NCBI GenBank assembly: GCA_951406725.2
Contig: OX597832.1
Location: 4,774,001 to 4,838,000, forward strand
Reading direction: 5' to 3'
DNA from: Octopus vulgaris
Lineage: Eukaryota
Length of the DNA: 64,000 nucleotides
Notes under the pieces: generated by a model
What the model saw: only the letters and a program-made list of their open reading frames with translations
What the model was told of the DNA's origin: nothing
The model's database searches: none
Shown: positions 1 to 11,869 of the stretch, in pieces
Position numbering within the stretch: position 1 is the stretch's first letter
Layout of the letters: each line of letters starts with the position of its first letter
Translations under genes and position numbers: made by a program

Positions 1-699
1 ATTCTACCGTTTATGGTGCTTTATTCTTGCTGGATAGTAATATTATTATTTTTAATAATATCTGTATCTCTTGCATATTTTTTCACTGATCTCATGAGCC
101 ACATTTTGTATTCAATGATCAAAAGGATGAATAGCACAGCTCAAACTGTGAATCCCAACTGATTGGAGTTGGTTGTTAAAACACATCAAAGGTCATCATT
201 GTTTATTTTTCTAAGTTCAAAATTTAAATCCAGTTGGGATGAATCTTTTCTAACTCAATAAAATGAGTAATTAAATATTTTGAGATCAATTTTATTTCTA
301 TGTTAGAAAACTTAGGCTTTTTACCAAGAGAGAAGAAGAATATAAAAGAATATAAATATAAGTTGCTATTTACATAAGTAACTAAAGACATATAACAATA
401 TAACAACAGAAATTGTGCACTGACAAACTGAATTATACATTTACTAAAGTGAAAGTGTCTTCTAACTCTCAAGGGTTTTATCACATTATATACATGTACA
501 TATGATACAAACATACGTGTGAATGTGTTTGTGTGTGGAGAGGGGGAACAGTCTGAAATTTAGAGTATAACTTCTTGATATAATTTAACCACATTGTGGA
601 AAGTAAAACAAAGTTGTTACATAAGTTGCATGTGTATGTAGGCAGACAAAGATAGCAATCTGACTAGTTATATATATATAATTTTTGAAGAGTATGGTA

Positions 700-1840
700 G
701 AGAATGAAATTACTTTCTTGGAGATGAAACTATCATTTTACTCTGTAAATACTCATCTGACATAACTAGTAGTAGAAATTTCAGATCACTTTGCTATCTA
801 AGCAAAGAGATAAACTTAAATAATCAAGACTACAGAACTGGTAGTGAATTAGATTTGAAATCATATCTCAAACATAACATATACATACATTGATGAAGTC
901 ATAAATGAGCTCGACACAAAGTTATGGAAACTTACTTCACATATTTGTTACTGAACTTGACACAGTTTCGCTGTAGAGTTGGTTTAAACAAAAATATAAA
1001 TCCTACAAGCAATAACCATAAATGATTAAAGACCTTTCAATATGTTTCAAACAGATCTAAGCAGATGATTAAATAGCCATATAGTTCAATTCCTCCTTTG
1101 CCAACATAGAGAAAAACATCACTTAGGTTTCCATAATTGCCATAGCATTTCATTTAATACCATAAAGAAAGCAGTTTCTTTTCAGTTCCAGTACTGATCA
1201 TAATATTCAGACTGTAACATATACCTGTTGACATATGCAGTATGTTAAACTTATTCTGATGTTAAAAATGTGGAGGGAAATAAAACTTCAATATCTATTG
1301 AATCACATGGTTTTTTTTTCAAAGCTTCAAAAATATATTACAAATCAAACAAAATATTTCCTATTGTTCAATATCTTATATCAGCTTCAAGAAACGGAAC
1401 TCAGCTACTATACTTATTCTCCAGCTTCTAGATAAAATAGCATAAATGTAAAATTGCTGCTGTAATATTCCTAGACCTGAAAAAAGAAACTTCTGCTAAC
1501 ATAGATCATTAAATGCTAACCTTAACTTCACAGTGTTACCGTATACTGAGCATGACAGATAAAAATTATGTTGCAGATAAAACGCCTCATCTATAGCTGG
1601 ATAACCTCTGATCTCTTGAAACTGCTATATCTCATGGTGTACCCTATAGTTCAATATTCAAAAATTACTTAAGAATTACATAAATGATATGCACAAAGCT
1701 ATCAATTTAGACCTGGTCCATTCTGCTGATGATACAACAGCATTCCTTGGAGAAAGTGATATCAAATTGCTATATAAGAAACTGAACAATGAGCTAATCA
1801 ATGCCTGGTGCTAGTTTAAATCTAATAATTTCTCTTTTTA
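700..1840 (+). mobile_element. Heavily decayed L2/CR1-group LINE ORF2 (end of endonuclease through RT)
   Basis: Frameshifted motifs in the expected order: VEISDHFAI (~772), FNSSFANI (~1085), AAVIFLDLKK (~1455), ISHGVPYSS (~1628), YINDMHK, HSADDTT (~1720), LNNEL..W..FKSN. Confidence 0.75.
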
Positions 1841-1849
1841 TATATATGT

Positions 1850-2150
1850 AGATGATATCCCAAGGAGGAGCCCTCCTAAACTAATGAGATTAATGTGTTT
1901 TGATGTTCAGCTTGAACATCCATAGCAAATATATGGATAAGAAATATGGCAGTTTTGGAGAGAAAATATTGGGGGAAATGTTTAGCAAGAAGTTTTAGGA
2001 TAAGCACCAATGGAGACAATAAGTGGGAGGAAAAGAAAGGATATCAGATGGAAAAGGAGGGCCATTAAATACATTTAAGAGAGAGGAAGAAGGAAACAAT
2101 ACATCAATATGTTGTTGGCTGTAGAATGTTGGTGAGTAAATCTTTTTTCT
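1850..2150 (-). mobile_element. Decayed 3' end of an L2/Jockey-like LINE
   Basis: Minus-strand LTNILQP..CIVS..FNG resembles the C-terminus of the LINE at 57900-59400. Confidence 0.4.
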
Positions 2151-2204
2151 CATCAGCTAGATAATGTTTTGCTATGCAGTGTATAACATTTGAGTATGTT
2201 ACAG

Positions 2205-2960
2205 GTGTGCTGTCTCAGTTCTTTTACTGGTTTCAAGTCATTGGACTATGGCTATACTGGAATATTACCTGGAAGGATTTAGTCAAGTGCATTGAACCTC
2301 AGTGCTTATTTTTCCCACAACCATCGGAACACAAAACGCTTTTCATGAATGCACATTTGTGAGATGGTTGTAATATATAAATAGTTTTGAATAGGAACTG
2401 AAAAGTGAACTATGAACATGCAATGCACATGTGCACACTGAAGTCCTAAAATGGAAGAGAAGAATAAAAATGCAATGTGCATGTCAAAGTAAAAAGGAAG
2501 AGGAGAATAAAACAAGTTATATGATGGTTTGTCAGCACAAATCTAAAAAGTATGGAAGAAGAAAAAATACTTAGAATAAGGTAACGAACACTGCGTACTG
2601 GATGTATACACATACATAGTGACTACAGGGATATTCAATAACTTAAAAACTAGATCTGATATCAAGCAGCCTTGCTGCAATTTTCTTGTTTTAAACCCTG
2701 GTACTAATTCTATCAATGTCTTTTTTACCAAACTGCTAAGTTACAAGGATGAAAACAAACCAACACTGGTTGTCAAGCGTTAGTAGGAGACACACACACA
2801 TGACAGGCATCTTTCAGTTTCTATCAACCAAATCCACTCACAAAGTTTTGGTTGGCTAAGTGCTTTTGGTAGAAGACACTTGCCCAATGTGTGACACAGT
2901 GGGACTGAACCTAGAACCATGTAGTTGGGAAGCAAACTTCTTAATACTTGGCAACATCTA
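2205..2960 (-). mobile_element. SINE family B (tRNA head, CORE-like body), split by a ~370-bp unidentified insert at ~2330-2700
   Basis: Homologous to the full copy at 20387-20836. Confidence 0.8.
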
Positions 2961-3283
2961 TACTTACACAAAAAATATTTCAGGGTTAAATGTACAAATG
3001 AGCTTGTTACCCAATCACTTCTTCTAATTCCTTACCACTACCCATTATCTCTCTAACTGCAACTCTCCCTTGTTACCACTTATTTTTCTTGCTCTCCAGA
3101 ACTACATCACTTGTTGTCCATTCTTCATCCATTAATACTGCTCTCTCTCTACTCACATTTTACACTGATCATCCACCCACAGCTGAGCCATCTAATTATC
3201 TTTCATCCCCACTCACCAAACATCTCTCACTTTCCTCATGCACTATACTTGCTTCTATATCTCTCCCCCACCCCATGTCACTC

Positions 3284-3505
3284 TTATTTCTTTATTGCCC
3301 ACAAGGGGCTAAACATAGAGGGGACAAACAAGGCCAGACAAAGGGATTAAGTTGATTAGATCGACCCAGTGCGTAACTGGTACTTAATTTATCGACCCCG
3401 AAAGTATGAAAGGCAAAGTCAACCTCAACAGAATTTGAACTCAGAACATAACGGCAGACAAAATACTGCTAAGTATTTCGCCCGGTGAGCTAACGTTTCT
3501 GCCAC
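3284..3505 (-). mobile_element. SINE family A (tRNA-derived; GCCTTTCATCCTTTCGGGGTCGATAAA core)
   Basis: Reverse complement of the copy at 58209-58440. Confidence 0.9.
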
Positions 3506-3974
3506 TTGGCCGACCCATCCACAGGTTTTCTCTCTCTCATCCTTCTCCTGTCTACTGTATCATCATTACTATTCCACTGCACCTTCCCCACCACATTCTT
3601 CTGTACCTTCCTACCCCCGAACTCATGCATCATTGGTCATTCCTCACTCCTTATCCACCAGTCACTACATCCACCCCTCAACCCCACCTAATCTTTACAG
3701 TTGCTACTAGCCCCACTTCCCATCACCCAAATTCCACCTCTCTCACTCCCCCATACACTCTTGCAACCTCCATCCACCCACACTCTTAGATCTTCAATCT
3801 GTACTCACTTCTGCTCATCTTTATGGGACATCCTTCCAGCTCCAACCAATCACTCCAACTTTCTCTTCTAAGTGTGAATAGTTTTACAGCAAGAAACCTA
3901 TTCTATTTTTTCTATCATACTTTTAACTCCTCATTTTCTGGCATAAAACCACACCCCATCTGGGTTTTCCAATC

Positions 3975-4222
3975 TTGCAAGCTGCATGCACCTCACTAAA
4001 GCTGGTAGCACAAAAGAAATTTTAAAAAAAGCTTTCAGTACATACTGTAGAGTGGTTGATGTTAGGAAAGGCATCCAGCCATAAAAACCATGCCAAAGCA
4101 GACACTAGAACACAATGCAGTCCTTGGACCCATCAGATCTTATCAAACTATCCAACACATGACAGCATGGAACATGGATGCTAAATGATGATGATGGTGA
4201 GGATGAGCATGATGATGATGAC
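3975..4222 (+). mobile_element. RTE-tail-derived repeat ending in (GAT)n
   Basis: GTTAGGAAAGGCATCCAGC..CAGCATGGAA..(GAT)n shared with the RTE 3' UTR at 55140-55305. Confidence 0.7.
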
Positions 4223-4259
4223 TTTCCATCCAAATATGAAAATTTTAAAAATTTTAAGA

Positions 4260-4620
4260 TACATCGCTAGAAAAATATAAATTTAAATGGCTCAAACCAT
4301 GTCTAACCCAACAGCTCCACTTGATGAAGTATTTTAGGTAAATTTTTGGGACACTATGGTCCATTAGAGTAGGCAAGGGTTGTTGTTGGCAGAAAGATAG
4401 CTGGGTATCAGTAGTTGGTCTATTATTTCCTGGTATCATTTGAAAGTTAGAAGCACTTATTGAAGCTGAAGGTGACTGACTTTATTGAATAACATTATAG
4501 AAAAGGAGATTTATTTTTATCTTCATAGCACTTTTTGATAATAAAGTTATTATCTGTTATTATATATCTGTTTTTCTTATAAACATAAATCTGTCTTCAA
4601 ATATCTTACGCACCTTGTGT
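4260..4620 (+). mobile_element. Tc1/mariner 3' relic with a probable right TIR
   Basis: LEALIEAEGD..FIE* C-terminus at ~4448-4491; TIR-like AAATCTGTCTTCAAATATCTTACGCACCTTGT at ~4587-4618. Confidence 0.45.
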
Positions 4621-4704
4621 GTGCGTGTATGTGTGTGTGTGTGTGTGTGTTTCGTTTTTGGATTTGGCTTGCAAGATTCTTTATGTGAGTTCATGTGTTG
4701 AAGC

Positions 4705-4970
4705 ATATTTTGTTGTGTCTGGGGAGAGTCATTTTCTTTTTGCACCTTATAATTTTACACACTCACCGGTAAAATTTTCACTTATTTCTTATTTTTATTT
4801 TCTAAAATTTTCATTGTGTCTTGCAACCTTTTAGACTATTAAAAAGGTTGCAAGACGCAATGACATTTTTAGGAAAATAAAAATAAGAAATAAGTGGAAA
4901 TTTTACCGGTGAATGTGTTAAATTATAAGGCACAAAAAGAAAATGACTCTCCCCAGACACAACAGAATAT
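4705..4970. repeat. Foldback palindrome, ~128-bp arms and ~9-bp loop
   Basis: 4705-4832 is the near-exact reverse complement of 4842-4970; the ORF track shows QKENDSPQTQQN on both strands. Confidence 0.95.
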
Positions 4971-4999
4971 ATATATATTTATATATATTCAACAATTTC

Positions 5000-5750
5000 T
5001 CAACAAAATTATATTCCTTCATCAGGAAATAGCTGAGCCTGTACTTGAAAGAAATCATTTGTTAGTTTTCAGAAAGTAAATGATTTCCGTTTTTGGAAAA
5101 CTGAGATAACAAACTGAGATAGAAAATGTTTGATATATAGGCCATAAATCTCACAAATTTTTCCAGGTTTAGGGTTAGAGGAGATTGGGTCCTACTGCCA
5201 AGTAGTGTTTACCATATTTGATAGTGTAAAAGATGCACAGACTTATTAGGTGCATTACAATTTCAAGAAAAAAAATTTTAGTGCATTAAAGCATGTAATA
5301 TAGATCCAACTTTGCATATGGGACCCAGGGTGATTATTTTGAGATACTGTTTTGAAAACTATGTGTGTTATATATGCCATCAAATATGATATACATTTTT
5401 TTCTGTTATGATGACAAATGTACCAAAAATTAGTCAGGGATATACTGGGGTGTTGTCTTCATTGATCTGCTTCAGTTAACTTCAGTAAGATTCTTGCAGA
5501 TGGAGCAATATTGTAGATTCTTTGGCATCAATGTGGAGAGTGCTGTTTTGGTCAATAAGTGAATCAAGAAACAGTTATGCTATTTGTTGGTAAATGAGTT
5601 TGGGCTGTGCTGAATATTTTCTGCAGCCCTTTGTTGATGATGTTGTGGAGATGATGTATTTTTAGTTCAAGCAATGTTACAAGCTGCTGCTAGTATTTTA
5701 GTCAATCTCTTCATTTCCCTAACGAGTGGGAGGGAATTTTCACTCTGGAG
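5000..5750 (-). mobile_element. Decayed Penelope-like element C-terminus (thumb, linker, GIY-YIG) followed by a broken HHR core
   Basis: Minus-strand NIINKGLQK, RQHPS, NCNAPN, GKHY(I)G in order; ATTTC-CTGATGA-AGGAAT at ~5015-5030. Confidence 0.45.
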
Positions 5751-5772
5751 AAAGCCTTTTTTTTTTTAGGTT

Positions 5773-5808
<36 letters not shown>

Positions 5809-6109
5809 AGTTGTGTTGAAGTGTGGTTTAAGCATCATATAATGGTAACTATCTCCTGAAACATTTTCAAGTCTCTATAAGTCTATAAGAAGTATGACTG
5901 AAAGACCAGTTAACAAGCTATAGGTCATATATAATTGCTCTCCAGTTTGTTATAAGATACATTTCTAATAATAAAAAAAAAGACCATGCAAGTTATATAA
6001 TGATATCATAATAATAGAGGTAAGAACTGTATAAATCATAATAGACATTGTTCTTCAAATTAAGAGTTATATCTCCATCCTTAAAACTAAGCAAGAGCTA
6101 AACTACTAG

Positions 6110-6168
6110 ATGAGTAAATGAGATCAAATTATAGGTTGATGCCGGAGGCTTAAAGTATAATCTCTCTC

Positions 6169-6199
<31 letters not shown>

Positions 6200-7899
6200 C
6201 CCCTCTTTCCCAGATCACTTTCCTTTGCACAATCAATATCTTATTTTTATTCTATCCTCTCTTATTTTATTACAACAGGAATGTTCTGGAAGACAGATAA
6301 GTTAGAGCATTACTTTTTTATTGTCAACTCAATGTTTATATTCAATTATCAACCATTTGAATAAAAACAAAAATCAATATTGTAATCATACATACATACA
6401 AAAATGCATACATACATACATACATATCAACCATTATGTTATATATGTATAAATATATATAAAGCACAATTATATCCACACACACACACACACATATATA
6501 CACCTATATACATACATATATACATACATATATATACATATATACATATACATATATACATACATACACATACATACATACATATATACACACGTATATA
6601 TACGTACATACATATATATACAAATATATATACACACACACATACACACACACACACACAATTACATACATACACACACAGAAATACCTATCAGACAATC
6701 TATTTTATCTATTGCATCGGATTTTTCTTTTTCCTTCTCCCTCCCCCCCTCTCTCTTTAGGTAGGACACACTTAATTCTACATATTTCAGCACCCGCAAT
6801 AGGAAAAGCTATCTGGAAAAGGCTGCTATGATGAGTGTTAAGTAAAGGCTAAGTGGAAATAGCTGCTAGTGATACATATAATGGGCATTTAGTTTTGAAA
6901 TGTTTATGTACCAACTCAAAATAAAAAAAACAAACATTCTTTTCAAAGAAAAAATAGATGTAAAATAGTAAATATAAAAACAGAAATATATATCTATATT
7001 ATAACTTAGTCATGGGAAGAAGAGTAGTAGCCAAAACCTTTATTAGATCCTCCAAGAATGGAGAGAGAGGAAAGGAGAGAGTTATCTCCAGGTCAAACTG
7101 GCCTGAATGTTTCCAGCAAAGAGGACTTCACCAAAGGCATTCAAAAGCTAGGTTGTGGTGTTAAACTAGGCAAATTGAGCCAATTATTTTCCATATGGAT
7201 ATTTATGAAGATCTTATGAAGATGATAAAATGACTATCATTTTTCTTACTTAATCTCAGAAGTAAATGCTATTGAATTAACCATTTATTGGGTCGAGTTT
7301 TCATTCCCATATATAAATATATATTTACATGCTACTATTTATAGCTTCATATGCTTTAAGATACAATGTTCCAAAAAAGAATTATACACACACACACACA
7401 CACATATTTAATATCATCTGAGAAATAACCTTATAACATGCATTTCAAGACTCCTCAAATATATGTGAAATACTCAGCAATCAACAACTGTTGCCAATGC
7501 ACAGAAGCAATTGTTGTGTTTGGATTTAAGCCTGTTCATTCCATCTTCTTGTTGGCTTGTCCCTTGAATCTAAGGATTGATTTCTTCTCCTGGAAGAACA
7601 TTTGGACCATTAATGCCAGTGGCAAATGAAGCCAATCCTCAATAGTGTGTGTAGGATACACAATTGTATCAGCTACATGTGGTTGCTGGAGTTGGTAATG
7701 GTTACTGCTGTTTGGCCTTCTGCTACCACTATCTCTCCTCCTCTTTTCTTATTCTTTCTCTTTGAAACAATATGTTATTTTTTATGTTTTGTCAGTAGTC
7801 AGGATGGTTGGTTATGGTTGTCTTGAAAAACCAATGGGTTGAAGCTTCAGAATTTTGGAGATAGATAGATAGATAGAGAGGGAGGGAGAGAGAGAGAGG

Positions 7900-7942
<43 letters not shown>

Positions 7943-7988
7943 CTTTAAGCCTCCAGCATCAACCTATAATTTGATCTCTTTCACTCAT
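6110..7988. repeat. ~1.9-kb segment bounded by inverted repeats (38-bp core plus mirrored TC/TCTA microsatellites)
   Basis: 6121-6158 AGATCAAATTATAGGTTGATGCCGGAGGCTTAAAGTAT matches the reverse complement of 7940-7977 with 1 mismatch. Confidence 0.85.
6385..6680. repeat. Compound (TA/CA/TACA)n microsatellite
   Basis: Direct observation. Confidence 0.95.
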
Positions 7989-7989
7989 T

Positions 7990-8375
7990 CAGCAATTTTG
8001 GGGAATGGGGGATAGTTGATTACGTTGACCCTGTAGTCAACTGATACTTATTTTATCAACCCTGAAAGAATGAAAGGCAAATTCAACCTTGGCAGAATTT
8101 GAACTCAGAATGTAAAACAGATGAAATGCTGCTAAGCATTGCCCAACATGCTACTGACTCCTTTCTACTCTAGGCACAAGGCCCGAAATTTTTGGAGAGA
8201 GGGCCAGTCAATTATATTGACCCCTGTATGCAACTGGTACTTAATTTATTGATCCCGAAAGGATGAAAGGCAAAGTCAACCTCAGTGGAATTTGAACTCG
8301 GAACATAAAGACAGACAACATACCACTAAGGATTTCGCTCAGCGCGCTAACATTTCTACCAACTCACCACCTTTA
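7990..8375 (-). mobile_element. Head-to-tail pair of SINE family A
   Basis: Two consecutive ATGAAAGGCAAA..GAATTTGAACTC units. Confidence 0.9.
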
Positions 8376-8783
8376 ATAATGAATAAATAATACCAAAAGA
8401 TTTTCAAGAATCTTGTTTTGTTATATAATAATTCTGCAAAGAATATTTCCAGAATTTTCAACTTTAATATGTACCTCACATCAATACAACAACGACAACA
8501 ACTACATTCCGGATTGTAATAATGGAATAAGCGGATGTACTTAAAAAGGACACAGCTTGGATTTTTTGCTCTACCTATATAATATAAGCAATAGTTCTTT
8601 TTGGAATAGAGAATCTCAAAGCAATAAAGCTTTAAATAATAGTATGTAAAGACCCCTTTTGGAAAGATTTCTAGTTTTATGTGCTTTGAGATACAATGTT
8701 CCAAAAAAAATTAATTCATGTTCTCTCAAAAGTTTATAAAATTCTTTTGATATCAACAATATAAAACAATATTTTATCAACCT

Positions 8784-8988
8784 CTGGCAGAAACGTTAGC
8801 ACACCAGGTGAAATGTTTAGTGGTATTTCATCTATCTTTATGTTCTGAGTTCAAATTCCGAGGTCAACTTTGCCTTTCATCCTTTCAGGGTTGATAAATT
8901 AAGTACTAATTGTGTACTGGAGTCAATCTAATTGATTTCCCCCACCCTCCCCAAAAATTTTGGGCCTTGTGCCTAGAATAGAAAAGAA
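8784..8988 (+). mobile_element. SINE family A
   Basis: TGGCAGAAACGTTAGC (box A-like), GAGTTCAAATTCC (box B), core. Confidence 0.9.
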
Positions 8989-9918
8989 TATTTTATCAAT
9001 CTATTTTTGGATGAAGTTTTATAAACATTAATTAATAAAAGATTATTTATTTATTAATTATCAATAAAAATATTTATTAACAGCTCTTTTAAGTTTTCTT
9101 GAGATTTTAATTGTGGACTAAAAACATTCCAAACCTGACCTTCTGCAACTGAGAAAACAACTCTAACAGAACAGACGCAAGTGAAATGTTTTTCAATAAC
9201 TTGTATTCAATAATAGTAGTTAATGTCACCTTCTGTCATAAGTTATCTTACAAGACTAGTATTATATCAAGTGACACTGTTTATTACTCATCAGAATTCT
9301 TTCTCTTTTAAGATTTCCTTTTATGAGAAGAATAAGAAAAACTCTATTAGAATTGTTGATATTAGAGGAATTATAAAAGATTGAATATTAAAACTGACAG
9401 AAGAAAATATATCCTGAAATGTGACAAAATATTTTAAAAGCCTGATATAATTCAATTTACAATTAATACTTGATAAGTATATGAAATACCATAATCAGGT
9501 GTAATACTGTTAAAATACTGTCAAAAGCTCTTTGATTTCAAACTGACATCAAACAGAAAACTTCCAAAGAAGGAACATAGCAAGGTAAAAACATTCAATG
9601 ATCTAATATAATAACTGATGAGACTTTTTCTTTTTGGTCTTCAAATATCATCATAGCTATTGGGGATACATTAACATCAAATGAAATGATATAAAGTGAT
9701 TGTGTATATTGACCAATAATAGTAGTAATATACCAGTATAATAATAAAATAATGGTATGTCTCTGGGAAATTTATGACAGCAGTTTTATTCTTATAAATA
9801 TGCCATTATTTTAAAAACATTAAAACCCTATGGGAAAAAGTCAGCTATGTTTAATTTTATAGAGACACAAACACACATCACACACATGCATATGTGTGTG
9901 ATGTGTGTCTGAGTGTGT

Positions 9919-9967
<49 letters not shown>

Positions 9968-9996
9968 TTTATATACATGTATATATACATATATAA

Positions 9997-11020
9997 TCGT
10001 CATCATCATTTAACGTCCATTGTCCATGCTGGCATGGGTTGGACAGTTTGACCAGGGCTGGCAAGCTGGAAGGCTGTACCAGACTCCAGTCTGATTTGGC
10101 ATGGTTTCTACAGCTGGATGCCCTTCCTAACACCAACTACTCCAAGGGTGTAATGGGTGCTTTTGTTTGCTATTTGTGTGACACTGGTATCTTCTACAAC
10201 TGTGATTTTGCTCAGCTTGATGGGTCTTCTTCTCAAGCACAAGATAATGTCAAAGGTTTCAGTCATTGCCTCCATGAGGCCCAACACTCGAAACGAGCTT
10301 TTTATATGCCACCAGCATGGGTGCCAGTTACGTGACACCAGCATCAGCCACAACTATGATTTCACTTGGCTTGACAGGCTTCCTCAAGCATAGCATATCA
10401 CCAAAGGTCTCAGTCACTAGTCATTACCTGAATGAGGCTCAACATTTGAAGAACATGCTTCATCACTTTGTTTCATATCTTCGTGGGTCTATCTCTAACA
10501 CAGGTTCCCTCCACAGAGTTTGGCACTTCTTAACACAGCTGTCACAGCCCATGTTTCACTGCCATGTAGCTTAGCTGTTTGCACACAAGCATCATACAAT
10601 CTGCCTTTCACTCTGTGAGAGAGGCCATTTGTTGCCAGCAGAGGTAGAAGCACTCTGAACTTTGCCCAGCCTAATCTTATTTTCACAACTATGCTCTCGG
10701 AGCATCCACTTCTGCTACTAACTTGGTCACTTAGATAACAGAAACTATCTACTACTACAGGCTTACCCAACTGGCAGTTGATGGAGTTTGTTTTTCTGTA
10801 CATTTTCAGTATTTATTGTAGCTGTGCATCTTCCACATACAAAAACTATTTTCCCTGTTAACATTCCTCTGATATTGTTGCATATTTTATATGTTCATGG
10901 CTTACACTGGGTACATCTTATGGAGTTCCTACCTATGCCTTTTCTACAGATCGAGCAGGACCCTCTACCTGAAGGGAGTTGTGATTTGTCTACCTTCCTT
11001 CTTACTAAGACTTTTGAATT
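9997..11020 (-). mobile_element. 5'-truncated RTE-clade LINE (ORF remnant ~10490-11020, 3' UTR to the (GAT)n tail)
   Basis: CSICRKGIGRNSIRCTQC, FCYLSDQVSS, IRLGWAKFRVLLPLL, KGRLYDACV..LHGSETW; homologous to 53877-55305. Confidence 0.9.
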
Positions 11021-11136
11021 TATGTATATATATCTATATACACATTATATGTATATATATATATCTATATACACATTATATGTATATATATATATCTATA
11101 TACACATTATATGTATATATATATATCTATATACAC

Positions 11137-11176
<40 letters not shown>

Positions 11177-11208
11177 TATATATATGTATACACACACACA
11201 CACACACA

Positions 11209-11510
11209 CCGAGCTGGCATACAGGATGCTTACAGCCATTGGACTGAGAGGAGTGAAGGGTGGTTGTGCAAGAGGCAGCTAAAAGAGCTTCTAGTTGGCT
11301 TTGGAAGAAGACAGAGGAGTTAAGCTGGAAACCAGGAGGAGATGAGGAACAGTGATTTGGCCACCTCTGCTGACCCACCAATGGGAGGGTTCTACAGTTC
11401 AGAATCGAAACACCCAATGAACATTGGATACTGTCTGATGACATCAGTTCTTCCTGGCCAAAGCTCCATTCACCAAAGTGAATGGAGAAAGCACCTCTGT
11501 CTAGGTGTTA
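11209..11510 (+). mobile_element. 3' end of a HERO-like (restriction-like endonuclease) non-LTR retrotransposon
   Basis: AYRMLTAIGLRG, then after a frameshift EAAKRASSWLWKKTEELSWKPGG*, typical of the HERO/RLE C-terminus. Confidence 0.65.
11387..11445 (+). ncRNA. Decayed non-circularly permuted hammerhead-like motif
   Basis: GGGUuc-U-ACAGU ... C-GAA-ACACCC ... ACUGU-CUGAUGA: stem I ACAGU/ACUGU is perfect; stem III has 2 mismatches; stem II is weak. Confidence 0.55.
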
Positions 11511-11679
11511 TTAACATATATACGTTCATAAATATATCCATATCCATTTCCTTCATCAATTATCACATGTGTGTGTGTAAATACACTCATACATATATAT
11601 ACACACATGCATACATATGTGTCTATGTATCTATGCATGCATAAGTGTGTGTATTAATATGTGTGTGCATGCATGTGAA

Positions 11680-11811
11680 AAAAGCTGATGATTAACCTCA
11701 TCTCAACCCAGAGTTTCTTACCATGTACAATCTTTCAGGTAACAAAATGATGTTACCTGAATGATCATACATAGGGAAAGAGGGTAGTGATGGAGTGAAT
11801 CATCAGCTTTT
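11680..11811. repeat. Imperfect ~130-bp hairpin (MITE-like)
   Basis: Outer AAAAGCTGATGATT/AATCATCAGCTTTT; inner TTCAGGTAACA/TGTTACCTGAA. Confidence 0.8.
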
Positions 11812-11869
11812 ATCAAATAAGTAACATTTAATATGTGTACTGAGGTCTCTTCTAGTTTGTAGCATCACA

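Noticed and set aside
1-330. Minus-strand transposase-like fragment (ITIQQE..) and the 96-aa ORF at 224-514
   Set aside because: Only a single weak motif that requires a frameshift
9614-9645. CTGATGA-GAC..GTC motif
   Set aside because: Not followed by GAAA and has no stem I or III
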